Shown: positions 28,385 to 37,571 of the stretch, piece by piece
Layout: each line of letters opens with the position of its first letter
Numbering within the stretch: position 1 is the first letter of the stretch
Origin: Candidatus Omnitrophota bacterium
GTDB taxonomy: Bacteria; Omnitrophota; Gorgyraeia; Gygaellales; Profunditerraquicolaceae
NCBI GenBank assembly: GCA_003598135.1
Contig: QZKA01000019.1
Coordinates: forward strand, 107,690 to 169,413
Length of the DNA stretch: 61,724 nt
Reading direction: 5' to 3'
The notes under the pieces: model-generated
The model's database searches: none
What the model was told of the DNA's origin: nothing
Seen by the model: the letters and a program-made list of their open reading frames with translations, nothing else
Position numbers and translations under genes: made by a program

Positions 28385-30175
28385 TTATAGGCCCAGCTCT
28401 TGACACTGGCAGAGCTTGCGGTAGAGGCCATCCTTACGCAATAATTCCTCGTGGCTGCCATCCTCCAAGACCCTGCCTTCCGCCACCACTATAATGCGGT
28501 GGGCATTCTTTACCGTCGAAAGCCTGTGGGCAATCATAAAGACAGTACGGCCCTGCATAAGCCTGTTTAAGGCCTCCTGGACAATACGCTCTGATTCCGT
28601 ATCAAGCTGAGAAGTGGCTTCGTCAAGGATAAGAATCGGGGGATTTTTCAAGAGTGCCCTGGCAATCGCAAGCCGTTGGCGTTCTCCTCCGGAAAGTTTA
28701 ATGCCCCTATCGCCTATAAAGGTATCGTAACCTTCGGGAAGGCGCCTGATAAAATCATGTGCGTATGCCTGTGCTGCTGCGCGCTCAATCTCCTGAAGGG
28801 AGGCATCCATTCTGCCGTAGACGATATTGGACTTGATGGAATCGTTAAAAAGAATGGTCTCTTGGGTTACAATACCTATGTGTGCCCTCAAGGAAGCAAG
28901 TGTTACGTCCCTTATGTCTGTGCCGTCTATTGTAATCTTTCCTTTTCGGGGATCATAAAACCTCGGGATTAAATCTACCAGGGTAGTCTTTCCGGCGCCG
29001 CTGGGGCCGACAATCGCAATCACCTCTCCTTTTTTGACTTCGAGACGGATGTTGGCGAGAACCTCTTGCCCGTTATAGCCGAAAGAAACATTATCGAAGA
29101 CAATGGAATGCTCAAAACCTCCCAAGGTAGCAGCATTTTGATTTTCAGATACGGAGGGAGCCTTATCCAGTATTTCATGGATTCTCACCGAGGCAGCCAT
29201 TGCCTGCTGGTTAATGGAATTGACCTGGGAAAGCTTTTTAAACGGACGGATAAGGGAAAAGAGAGAGCCCAGGAAAAGCCCGAATACGCCGAAGGAAAGT
29301 TTTCCGGCAATAACATCTTTTCCTGCTATGACGAACACTAAAAGCCCTGCCAGACACCCTAAGATTTCGGTAAACGGCCCTACCAGCAACGTCCGCTTTA
29401 TTGCCTTCATGGTAAAGCGGTAATAATCATTGTTGGCGGTGTTGAATTTCTTTATTTCATAGTGCTCCATGTTAAAGGATTTTACTACGCGCACGCCGAT
29501 GATGTTCTCGTAAAGGACGGAGTTTATATCCGCCATCCTTTCCTGGGTTTTGGTTGAAAGTTTACGCAGCACCTTGCCGATTTTCAAAATCGGAAAACTT
29601 ATTAACGGCAACATCAAAAGTGACAAAAGCGCAAGCTTCGGATGAATAAAAAATATGAGCGACGTAAACAACGCCACCTGCAGGCTCTGGTATACAAGGT
29701 CGGTTGAACCGTAAGACACTGCGTTTTCAACGAGTTTTACGTCATTGGTAATGCGTGAAATCAGCTCCCCTCCCCGCTTATGGGTGAAATAGTCTAAAGA
29801 GAGCTCCTGCATTTTTTGATAAAGCTTCGCTCTGATATCCCGCACTACCCTTTGCCCCACATCGGACATCAGATAACTCTGTAAAAATTCAAAAAGGCCC
29901 TTCAGTAAGAATATAAACAAAATGACTATCACCATGGAGTGCAGAAGTAACAAAGGCGGGGTCGAATTGATCATATTGATAAGGTTGGAGAGAAACGCAG
30001 GAAGCTTTGTGGGTACGATAATCGCTTTGTTCGTCAATACCTTGTCCGCAAGGGGCACAATCATACCCAGGGAGATTCCGTCAAAGAGGGTAGAAAATAT
30101 CATGCAGATTACTGCGCATACAAAAAGCCCTATGTGGGGCTTTACGAACTTCAGGAGCTTTACATAATCGCGCAT
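28385..30175 (-). CDS. msbA: Lipid A export ABC transporter (permease/ATPase) MsbA
   Basis: Six-TM domain followed by an NBD (GPSGAGKTT, LSGGERQRLAIARA, ILILDEATS). Start set at the ATG at 30173-30175, preceded by AAGGAAGGG; the track M1 is GTG. Confidence 0.88.
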   Translation of the reverse strand: MRDYVKLLKFVKPHIGLFVCAVICMIFSTLFDGISLGMIVPLADKVLTNKAIIVPTKLPAFLSNLINMINSTPPLLLLHSMVIVILFIFLLKGLFEFLQSYLMSDVGQRVVRDIRAKLYQKMQELSLDYFTHKRGGELISRITNDVKLVENAVSYGSTDLVYQSLQVALFTSLIFFIHPKLALLSLLMLPLISFPILKIGKVLRKLSTKTQERMADINSVLYENIIGVRVVKSFNMEHYEIKKFNTANNDYYRFTMKAIKRTLLVGPFTEILGCLAGLLVFVIAGKDVIAGKLSFGVFGLFLGSLFSLIRPFKKLSQVNSINQQAMAASVRIHEILDKAPSVSENQNAATLGGFEHSIVFDNVSFGYNGQEVLANIRLEVKKGEVIAIVGPSGAGKTTLVDLIPRFYDPRKGKITIDGTDIRDVTLASLRAHIGIVTQETILFNDSIKSNIVYGRMDASLQEIERAAAQAYAHDFIRRLPEGYDTFIGDRGIKLSGGERQRLAIARALLKNPPILILDEATSQLDTESERIVQEALNRLMQGRTVFMIAHRLSTVKNAHRIIVVAEGRVLEDGSHEELLRKDGLYRKLCQCQELGL

Positions 30176-30198
30176 AGACCCTTCCTTATAAATATTGT

Positions 30199-30227
30199 AT
30201 TGTAGCACATCATTATTGATTTGTCGA
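30199..30227 (-). promoter_or_regulatory. Sigma70-type promoter (extended -10) for msbA
   Basis: Minus strand reads TCGACA (30227-30222), a 17-nt spacer, then TG-C-TACAAT (-10 at 30204-30199), about 24 nt upstream of the msbA ATG. Confidence 0.5.
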
Positions 30228-30259
30228 GTTTTGTATCTTTATGGGGGACAAAATATTAG

Positions 30260-30288
30260 TTGCACACCAAAAGGCGTTTTGCTATTAT
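30260..30288 (+). promoter_or_regulatory. Sigma70-type promoter for the Gfo/Idh/MocA-lpxB pair; predicts a leaderless or near-leaderless mRNA
   Basis: TTGCAC (30260-30265), a 17-nt spacer, then TATTAT (30283-30288). The ATG at 30297 is only 8 nt after the -10 element and no SD is present. Confidence 0.45.
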
Positions 30289-30296
30289 CTTAAGTA

Positions 30297-31226
30297 ATGG
30301 ATACCCCACTGCGCGTTGCGGTAATCGGCACGGGCTACCTCGGAAGCCTGCACGCAAAAACCTACCGAGAAATAGAAGGCTGCCAGCTGCAAGCGGTCTG
30401 CGATATAGACAGAAACCGCCTCAGCGCTGTTTCCAATGCCTTGGGCGTTGCAGGATACGATGATTACCGGCAACTGCTGGGCAAAGTCGACGCAGCCAGT
30501 ATCGCAGTCCCCACGCAACTACACTATGCAATCACAAAGGAATTCATCCTGCGCGGGACCCATTGCATGGTCGAGAAACCATTCACTGTCAGCCTTAAGG
30601 AAGCTGATTCGCTTATTGCCCTCTCCCGCAAGAAATCCGTGCTGCTCCAGGTAGGGCATATCGAACGATTCAATTCGGCTTTCGGGGCCACTTTAAAACT
30701 CATACGACAACCAAAGTTCATCGAATGCCACAGGCTCAGCCCTTTTCCAAACCGATCCCTTGACGTAGGCGTGGTGCTTGATATTATGATCCACGACATT
30801 GATATCGTGCTGGGGCTCGTCGCCCAGCCGGTAAAAAAGATCGAGGCGGTAGGAGTCAATGTATTAACGAAATTTGAAGATATTGCAAACGCCAGGCTTA
30901 CCTTCAAAAACGGCTGTGTTGCCAATCTTACTGCGAGCCGCGTTTCCGACGAAGTGATGCGTAAAATCAGGATCTTCCAGAAAGATACCTATATATCGCT
31001 CGATTACAAAGAAGCCAGGGCCTCGGTGTATAAAAAGGTGGGGCCGGCGATTGTCAAGGAAGACCTGCCCATCGAAAAAGAACAGCCGCTTAAGAAAGAA
31101 CTTGAATCATTCCTCGACTGCGTCCGTTTCCGGCGAAAACCGCTTGTATCTGGGGAAGTTGCCAGGGATGCGCTGGCAGTAGCCCTTGCCATCCAAAGAC
31201 AGATATGGAAAAAAAGATGCATATGA
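30297..31226 (+). CDS. Gfo/Idh/MocA-family NAD(P)-dependent oxidoreductase embedded in the lipid A cluster (possible UDP-GlcNAc 3-dehydrogenase type)
   Basis: 309 aa. N-terminal Rossmann motif RVAVIGTGYLGSLHAK and an EKP motif (MVEKPF). The stop overlaps the lpxB start region. Confidence 0.7.
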   Translation: MDTPLRVAVIGTGYLGSLHAKTYREIEGCQLQAVCDIDRNRLSAVSNALGVAGYDDYRQLLGKVDAASIAVPTQLHYAITKEFILRGTHCMVEKPFTVSLKEADSLIALSRKKSVLLQVGHIERFNSAFGATLKLIRQPKFIECHRLSPFPNRSLDVGVVLDIMIHDIDIVLGLVAQPVKKIEAVGVNVLTKFEDIANARLTFKNGCVANLTASRVSDEVMRKIRIFQKDTYISLDYKEARASVYKKVGPAIVKEDLPIEKEQPLKKELESFLDCVRFRRKPLVSGEVARDALAVALAIQRQIWKKRCI

Positions 31227-32353
31227 TGATTGTCTGTGGCGAGGTTTCAGGCGATCTCCACGCATCAATACTCGCCGAGGCCATAAAAGAGATTGCGCCG
31301 GACACTGTTATCTCAGGCATAGGAGGCGCTTTTCTGCGCCTGACAGGAGCCCGCTTATACTGCGACATCAAAGAGCTTGCCGTGATGGGCCTTTTTGACG
31401 TACTCAAGAAATTCCCCCGCTTCTTCGCACTCAAAAAACTTATTGTGAAAAAAATTGACGAGGAAAAACCAGACGCCTTGATTCTCGTAGATTTTTCAGG
31501 CTTTAATCTTCGGCTTGCAAAAATTGTCAATAAGCGCATCCCTTGTTTTTATTATGTCAGCCCCCAGGTGTGGGCATCCAGGCCAGGCAGGGTAAAAACG
31601 ATACGGAGATATATCCATAAAATGATCGTGCTTTTTAAATTTGAGGAGGAATTCTACAAGAGACACGGAGTAGACGCAACCTTTGTCGGACATCCATTCC
31701 TGGATATTGTAAAACCCGCTATGACGAAGATAGATTTCTTCCATACCTTTAAACTTTCCGAAGAAAAGAATATCGTTGCCCTTCTCCCCGGCTCGCGAAA
31801 ACAGGAAATCCGCAACATCCTCCCGGTAATGCTAAGCGCAGCAAGGCATTTGAATAAAAAAATAGAAAACCTCCAGTTTGTAATCGTTAAGTCGCCCCAG
31901 CTAGACTGGGAATTGTATAGCCGCGCAATCGAAGCGCCCGGTATCGACTTACAGATCATTGAAGGCAGAGCCTACGACTGTATTCATAACGCCGACTTTT
32001 GCCTCATTGCGTCAGGCACTGCAACACTGGAAGCGGCAATCCTTAAAAAGCCGTTCTGCGTGGTGTATAAGACTAACCTGTTTAATTATCTCCTCTACCG
32101 CCCCCTCATTACCGTCCCTTACATCAGCATAGTAAATATACTAGCTAAGAAAAAAATAGTTCCCGAATTTATCCAATTCCGCGCTTGCGGATACTTCATT
32201 GCGCGCCACGCCGCAAATATCCTGAAAAATCCTGCCAAAAAGACCGCGTTGCAAGCTGAATTAGGAAATATCTCCTGTCTTCTCGGAGAAGAAGGAGCAG
32301 CGTTGCGCGCCGCACGGGTAATCGTAGATTCCCTGCAATCACGGCCAAACTAA
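31205..32353 (+). CDS. lpxB: Lipid-A-disaccharide synthase
   Basis: IVCGEVSGDLHAS N-terminal motif and GT19 family length. The real start may be the ATG at 31223, which makes an ATGA overlap with the upstream stop (31224-31226). Confidence 0.9.
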   Translation: MEKKMHMMIVCGEVSGDLHASILAEAIKEIAPDTVISGIGGAFLRLTGARLYCDIKELAVMGLFDVLKKFPRFFALKKLIVKKIDEEKPDALILVDFSGFNLRLAKIVNKRIPCFYYVSPQVWASRPGRVKTIRRYIHKMIVLFKFEEEFYKRHGVDATFVGHPFLDIVKPAMTKIDFFHTFKLSEEKNIVALLPGSRKQEIRNILPVMLSAARHLNKKIENLQFVIVKSPQLDWELYSRAIEAPGIDLQIIEGRAYDCIHNADFCLIASGTATLEAAILKKPFCVVYKTNLFNYLLYRPLITVPYISIVNILAKKKIVPEFIQFRACGYFIARHAANILKNPAKKTALQAELGNISCLLGEEGAALRAARVIVDSLQSRPN

Positions 32354-33481
32354 CTAATCGAGTGGTCGGCTTGCCTTAAGGAAGGCCTCTGCCATGCGAA
32401 TACGTTCATCAATAGGGGGATGATCAAAAAAGAGGAATTTGATCAGGGGATGAGGCTTTCTATGGGAAAGGTTCTGGGTTGAAAGTTTATCGAGCATGGA
32501 AATAAACGCATTGACCAATCCGGTTGCCTTAAGCGCCAGATAATCTGCGCTGCGTTCCATGCTTCGGCTTACGATGTTTGTTAAGGGTTGAGTAAGAAAA
32601 CTAAAAAATGCCAGGCAAGCAAAAATAATCGGCATCGCCGCTATATCTCCCAACGAAGTAAACCCAAAGAATGCCAAAACGTAGCTGTTGCCCATAAAGG
32701 CAAGGTAAAGAAACGCAAGAATAAGGGTTGCGCCGAGCAACATCATTTTGAGCATGTGCCTCAATTTATAATGCGCAAACTCGTGGGCCAGGATAACCAG
32801 GATCTCGTCTTGCGAGTAGCGCTCCCTCAGGGTATCCGCCAGAAGGACACGCCTTGTTTTTCCTATTCCCAGGAAGGCAGCATTTGCTTTGTGCGTGATT
32901 TTGCTAAAATTTATTTCAAACACTTTCGGGGGCCCTATTCCCATGCCGGAAGCAAGTCTGTTAATTCTGTCCGTAAGTTTTTCGTCGCGGTATCGCGTAT
33001 GAGCAAAAAATAAGGGCAGGATAAGTATAGGTGTAACTTTCGTAAGAACGACTCCGAAAAAAACCCAGAATAAAGAAAAGACCAACCACCAAAGTGAAGG
33101 AAACAGGTTATAGAAGGCATAAAATACCTCTAGGCACACAAGAGCAATCAGGTAAAAGATACTTGAAGATTTTAGGTGGTCAAGAAACCAGGACAGCGGC
33201 TTTTGGCTGGAGAGGGAAAAACGGTGTTCTAATAAAAAGGATCGGTAAAACACAAGCGGGAGCTCAAGGGCCCAGTAAAAACAATAGGCTCCCAAAAAAT
33301 AAAGAGGAATTGCCGTATAGATATTTAAAAACAGCGAGCGCGCGTATAACGCCAAACGCAGCGACCACCCCGAAACCACAAATAACAACGGGACTGCCAC
33401 AGCATAACAGGTAGCGGCTATTTCTAAAATATAAATTAGGCGGGAATAATTCCTTGATGAAGAAATGGCCTTAAAAGACAT
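32354..33481 (-). CDS. M48-family (Ste24/HtpX-like) membrane zinc metallopeptidase
   Basis: 375 aa. Multiple N-terminal TM helices, HEFAHYKLRH zinc motif and a downstream ERSAD glutamate. Its stop abuts the lpxB stop with zero spacer (convergent). Confidence 0.85.
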   Translation of the reverse strand: MSFKAISSSRNYSRLIYILEIAATCYAVAVPLLFVVSGWSLRLALYARSLFLNIYTAIPLYFLGAYCFYWALELPLVFYRSFLLEHRFSLSSQKPLSWFLDHLKSSSIFYLIALVCLEVFYAFYNLFPSLWWLVFSLFWVFFGVVLTKVTPILILPLFFAHTRYRDEKLTDRINRLASGMGIGPPKVFEINFSKITHKANAAFLGIGKTRRVLLADTLRERYSQDEILVILAHEFAHYKLRHMLKMMLLGATLILAFLYLAFMGNSYVLAFFGFTSLGDIAAMPIIFACLAFFSFLTQPLTNIVSRSMERSADYLALKATGLVNAFISMLDKLSTQNLSHRKPHPLIKFLFFDHPPIDERIRMAEAFLKASRPLD

Positions 33482-33498
33482 TGCCTGTCTTTAAACCT

Positions 33499-33732
33499 CT
33501 AGGCGCAGGGTTCCACATTAATAAAAGTCGTCGCTTTCCTGGCTGAAGTCTTTTTTTTGGTAAAATAGACCTTGCCGGCACACGCAGAATAAAGCGTTGA
33601 TCTCCCCCTTACGTTCTCGCCCGCTTTATACCGGTTGACCCCTCTGCATAAAACTTGGCACGCCTTCACGGCCTGCCCTCCTGACACCTTAATCGCTTCG
33701 TCTTTTTTTGGCGTTGAAAATCCACCGATCAT
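33499..33732 (-). CDS. Ribosomal protein L27-like protein with a shortened N-terminus
   Basis: 77 aa. IKVSGGQAVKACQVLCRGVNRYKAGENVRGRSTLYSACAGKVYFTKKK...FINVE aligns without gaps to E. coli L27 [50 protein letters not shown]...FISIE. Strong SD AAGGAGG 5 nt before the ATG, with an in-frame stop upstream. Confidence 0.7.
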   Translation of the reverse strand: MIGGFSTPKKDEAIKVSGGQAVKACQVLCRGVNRYKAGENVRGRSTLYSACAGKVYFTKKKTSARKATTFINVEPCA

Positions 33733-33786
33733 TTTTGCCTCCTTATGTCACATGAGTGAAATAGTAAAAATAATGTCAGCTATAAT

Positions 33787-33815
33787 ACCATACCCTCGCG
33801 GATAAGGCAATGCAA
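33787..33815 (-). promoter_or_regulatory. Possible sigma70 promoter upstream of the L27-like gene
   Basis: Minus strand reads TTGCAT (33815-33810), a 17-nt spacer, then TATGGT (33792-33787). Match is moderate. Confidence 0.3.
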
Positions 33816-33833
33816 AGTTGTCATGCCTGCGCC

Positions 33834-35228
33834 TTACAAAAGCTCGACCTCTTCATCTTTTACGGGCAGGTACGCATCAACTCCCGTTGCCGTAAGTGCA
33901 TCCAGAAGCGCGCTTGATTGTTCCTCGTCGCCATGAACCAGAAAAACCCGCTTTAGGGGAAGGCAGGAAGAAACGTATTCCATAAGGCCGTTCTTGTCCG
34001 CATGCCCTGAGAAAGAGTTAATGACCGCTACCTCGGCATTTAGCTCATATTCCATTCCAAAAATATGCACGAATTTCTGCTTATCAACGATTCTTTTGCC
34101 GAGTGTATCTTTTGCCATATACCCTACCACCAGGATCGTATTCCTTGAGTCCTCGATATTGTTCTTGAGGTGATGAAGAATCCTGCCGGATTCGCACATG
34201 CCTGAACCGGCAATAATGATCATCGGACGCTTGTCGTTATTCAGCGCCTTTGATTTATACTGATCGCGCACATAGGTAAGCTGCAGGAACTCAAAAGGGT
34301 CATTACCGCTTTGTATCAGTTGTTGTGTCTGCTCGTTGAGATAATTGAAATGAAACCTGAATACATCGGTAACGTCTATCGCTAATGGGCTATCCACGTA
34401 TATAGGAATACGCGGGACGGCCTTTTGTTTAAACAGTTGGCTCAAAAAATAGATCACCTCCTGGGCACGTTCAAGGCTAAACGACGGTATAAGGATCTTC
34501 CCTTTACGCGCGACTGTTCTGTTTATCACATCCTGCAATTTCGCCTTTGCCTCTTCAATAGGCGCATGCAGCCTGCCGCCATACGTGCTCTCAAGAATAA
34601 GATAATCCAGCTGCTTCGGGACCTCAGGATTATTCAAGAGGGGCAGGTTTTTTCTCCCCAAATCTACTGCATACCCCAGCCTTAACGGCCTGGGTATACT
34701 CTTAATATCCAATACCGCGATTGCCGAACCTAAAATATGGCCCGCGTCGGCAAGAGTGACGGAGATATCTTTCGTGAGGCAGAATTTACGGCCATACGCC
34801 AAAGGATGGAACCTCTTGGTCGCCTTTGCAGCTTCCTTTCTGGTATAGAGAGGCTTGCGCAAAGGATTGCCGAGCCGCCTGTTTATTTTGTTGAGGTAAC
34901 GGATATCTTCTTCCTGGATCTTGCCCGAGTCCTCAAGCATGAGTTTACACAGATCCTTGGTAGCAGAAGTAGTAAACACTTTACAACGGATCCCGCGCTG
35001 GGTTAATCCGGGTATATTTCCACAATGGTCAATATGCGCATGCGAAAGCACGATGGCGTCAAGCTTGTGGGGATTGTAGTTAAACGTTTCATTAATCCTA
35101 TAGAATTCTTCGCGGTGGCCGTGGAACAACCCCGCGTCAATAAGCACCTCCGACTGGCTGGTGGACACAAGATGACTTGAGCCTGTAACTGTCCGCACCC
35201 CTCCCAGAAATTTTATTTTCACGGGCAT
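33834..35228 (-). CDS. MBL-fold beta-CASP RNA-metabolising hydrolase
   Basis: 464 aa. HAHIDHCG motif 2, later beta-CASP and RMMBL-type motifs (ESTYG, SGHAD, LVHGD). Confidence 0.85.
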   Translation of the reverse strand: MPVKIKFLGGVRTVTGSSHLVSTSQSEVLIDAGLFHGHREEFYRINETFNYNPHKLDAIVLSHAHIDHCGNIPGLTQRGIRCKVFTTSATKDLCKLMLEDSGKIQEEDIRYLNKINRRLGNPLRKPLYTRKEAAKATKRFHPLAYGRKFCLTKDISVTLADAGHILGSAIAVLDIKSIPRPLRLGYAVDLGRKNLPLLNNPEVPKQLDYLILESTYGGRLHAPIEEAKAKLQDVINRTVARKGKILIPSFSLERAQEVIYFLSQLFKQKAVPRIPIYVDSPLAIDVTDVFRFHFNYLNEQTQQLIQSGNDPFEFLQLTYVRDQYKSKALNNDKRPMIIIAGSGMCESGRILHHLKNNIEDSRNTILVVGYMAKDTLGKRIVDKQKFVHIFGMEYELNAEVAVINSFSGHADKNGLMEYVSSCLPLKRVFLVHGDEEQSSALLDALTATGVDAYLPVKDEEVELL

Positions 35229-35231
35229 TGC

Positions 35232-35927
35232 TTATCCTTTCTTTTTTATGAGTTTTACCGCCACTATAGCTACCAACACAAGATAGGCAAAACTGCCGGC
35301 CAAAAGGCCTTTCTGTTGCAGCAAATAACATGAGAGCGCAGAAGGATTATTAAAACCTCCCCTGCCTACCCCCTCAATGATATATTGGACCCAGAAAATC
35401 CTTAGCGGGGATCCCAAAATAACCGCCGCAAGGTACTTCCTAAAACGAAGCGCGGTCAGGCCTGCGGCCAAATCTAAGAACCTGAACGGTATCAACGGAA
35501 CTGACCTGAAAAGAAAAAGCCAGAAAAAATCTAACCCGGCTACCTTTTGCTCGAATCTTCTATGCCTTTGCCCGTAACTCTTTTCAATAAATTCACGGCC
35601 TAAGTGGCGCGCAAGCCCAAAGAGTATACAGGCATTGATGCTTTCCGCAATCCATATCAAATACGTGCTTACAAAAGCACCGAACACAAACGCGCCCAGG
35701 AACTTGAATACGTCTTTAGAAAACCAGACAAAAAAGGTAACGCCTACATAAAGCAAGATAAATGCAATCCCGCCATACAAAGGCGCAAGCCCCTTGAAGG
35801 TGCGTTCAAATCCCGCAGTATCTATCTTAAAAAAACTTCCAAGGTACCAAATGCACAAAAGGCCCAAGGCCAGAAGTAGAAACCGTAATCTGGTTTTTTC
35901 TCCGGTGCCGCTCCTTGACTGCCCCAT
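35232..35927 (-). CDS. TVP38/TMEM64 (DedA-related) family membrane protein
   Basis: 231 aa, polytopic. RSVPLIPFRFLDLAAGLT block typical of the family. Confidence 0.75.
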   Translation of the reverse strand: MGQSRSGTGEKTRLRFLLLALGLLCIWYLGSFFKIDTAGFERTFKGLAPLYGGIAFILLYVGVTFFVWFSKDVFKFLGAFVFGAFVSTYLIWIAESINACILFGLARHLGREFIEKSYGQRHRRFEQKVAGLDFFWLFLFRSVPLIPFRFLDLAAGLTALRFRKYLAAVILGSPLRIFWVQYIIEGVGRGGFNNPSALSCYLLQQKGLLAGSFAYLVLVAIVAVKLIKKKG

Positions 35928-35957
35928 CTTTAAGCGCGCCCTTTTTCTATATTATGA

Positions 35958-37484
35958 TTATGTGACAAAAAGATTGCGGGAAGAAAATTTCCCATCGGTA
36001 GTAAGATTCACCCCCAGCCGCTTTAGGCCGACTTCATCTCCCGGGGTAGGAATGTGGGTCATATGCATCTCACACCCTCTTAGTTCCACTAATTTATCCA
36101 TCGCCAGTTCTGCGGTGTGATTGGTGGTTGCACTTATGGAAAGCGCAATAAGCGTTTCTTCAAGGTCCATGCTTTCCGAGTCTGCCTCAAGGATCCCTTC
36201 TTTTAGTTTGGCGATCTGGCTTATGATGTGAGGAGAAAGCAGAAGTATCTCATCGGGGATATTTGCCAAGACCTTGACCGCGTTTAAGACAAGGCTTGAT
36301 GCGGCGTGCATGAGTTTGGAGTTCTTTCCCGTGATAATCCGTCCATCGGCTAACTGCAGGGCTGCCCCGCAATAGATGCCGGCGTTGCCTTTTCCTTCTT
36401 TTTCCGATTTCTCGGAACAATTCCTGGCAACCTCAACAACCTCGCGGTCAGTCACCTTAATCCCCAACTCCTCCATTAAGAGCATTATCCGGTCAACGGT
36501 CTCTTTCTTTTCTATGCCCATAATATATTCGGTGTTGTAACGGAAATATCTCCGGATAAGCTCTTGCCTCGCCGCCTCCTGGACGATCCGATCATCCACA
36601 ATCCCGAAACCGGCGCGGTTTACCCCCATATCTGTGGGAGAATTATATAAAGGGACCTCGCTTTTCTTTTCGAGTATCCTGCTTAAGATTAATTTTAGAA
36701 TGGGGAAGCTTTCCACATCGCGGTTATAATTTATCGCGGTTTTGTTATACTTGCTCAGGTGAAAAGGATCAACTAGGTTGAAATCCTGGATATCGGCGGT
36801 AGCCGCTTCATACGCGACATTGACCGGATGCTTAAGCGGGAGATTCCATATAGGGAATGTTTCGAATTTGGCGTAACCGGCGTTCACGCCTTTTTTGTGC
36901 TCGTGGTATAACTGTGAAAGGCACGTCGAGAGCTTTCCGCTGTTCGGGCCGGGCGCTGTTACTATAGCAATGGGGTTCTTTGTTTCAATATGCTCATTCT
37001 TACCAAAACCTTTTTCGCTGACGATAACGCCTACGTCCGCAGGATATCCCTCGATAAGAAAATGCAGGTATACCTTAACACCCCTGCGCTCAAGCTTGTT
37101 TTTGAAAATTACCGCACTGGGTTGATTGGTAAAACGGGTGATGACTACGGAAAGTATGTCCAGCCCCCACTTCCTTAGGTCATCAATAAGCTTCAGCGTC
37201 GCCGCATCATAGGTAATCCCAAAGTCCCCGCGGACCCTTCCTTTTTCTATATCGCCTGCATAAATACAAAGTATAATATCAATCTTCTCTTTTAACTGTT
37301 GTAGGAGACGGATCTTGACGTTGGGGTCATAACCGGGCAGCACCCGTGCGGCGTGAAAATCGAAACACAGCTTCCCGCCGAATTCAAGGTAGAGCTTATT
37401 ATCAAAACGCCTTACCCTGTCTAAGATTGCGGCAGTCTGTTCCCTTAGGTACTTCTCATTATCAAAGCCAATTTTCTTATTCAT
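35958..37484 (-). CDS. DUF1846 (UPF0371) family protein
   Basis: MNKKIGFDNEKYLREQTAAILDRV...LYLEFGGKL.FD.HAARVLPGYDPNVK is the characteristic UPF0371 N-terminus. Start set at the ATG at 37482-37484. The 35-codon upstream extension in the track would overrun the predicted promoter. Confidence 0.8.
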   Translation of the reverse strand: MNKKIGFDNEKYLREQTAAILDRVRRFDNKLYLEFGGKLCFDFHAARVLPGYDPNVKIRLLQQLKEKIDIILCIYAGDIEKGRVRGDFGITYDAATLKLIDDLRKWGLDILSVVITRFTNQPSAVIFKNKLERRGVKVYLHFLIEGYPADVGVIVSEKGFGKNEHIETKNPIAIVTAPGPNSGKLSTCLSQLYHEHKKGVNAGYAKFETFPIWNLPLKHPVNVAYEAATADIQDFNLVDPFHLSKYNKTAINYNRDVESFPILKLILSRILEKKSEVPLYNSPTDMGVNRAGFGIVDDRIVQEAARQELIRRYFRYNTEYIMGIEKKETVDRIMLLMEELGIKVTDREVVEVARNCSEKSEKEGKGNAGIYCGAALQLADGRIITGKNSKLMHAASSLVLNAVKVLANIPDEILLLSPHIISQIAKLKEGILEADSESMDLEETLIALSISATTNHTAELAMDKLVELRGCEMHMTHIPTPGDEVGLKRLGVNLTTDGKFSSRNLFVT

Positions 37485-37506
37485 AGATAGGTAATAGCCT
37501 GAAAGT

Positions 37507-37535
37507 ATTATAATAGAGGAAGGGGATATTGTAAA
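37507..37535 (-). promoter_or_regulatory. Sigma70 promoter for the DUF1846 gene
   Basis: Minus strand reads TTTACA (37535-37530), a 17-nt spacer, then a perfect TATAAT (37512-37507), 22 nt upstream of the ATG. Confidence 0.6.
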
Positions 37536-37540
37536 GGATT

Positions 37541-37571
37541 GTATTGAGTATAGTGTATAGAGTATTGAGTA
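37541..37571. repeat. 10-nt direct repeat GTATTGAGTA x2, spaced 21 nt, just upstream of the -35 element
   Basis: Identical copies at 37541-37550 and 37562-37571. The spacing equals two helical turns, so this is a candidate transcription-factor site. Confidence 0.6.
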
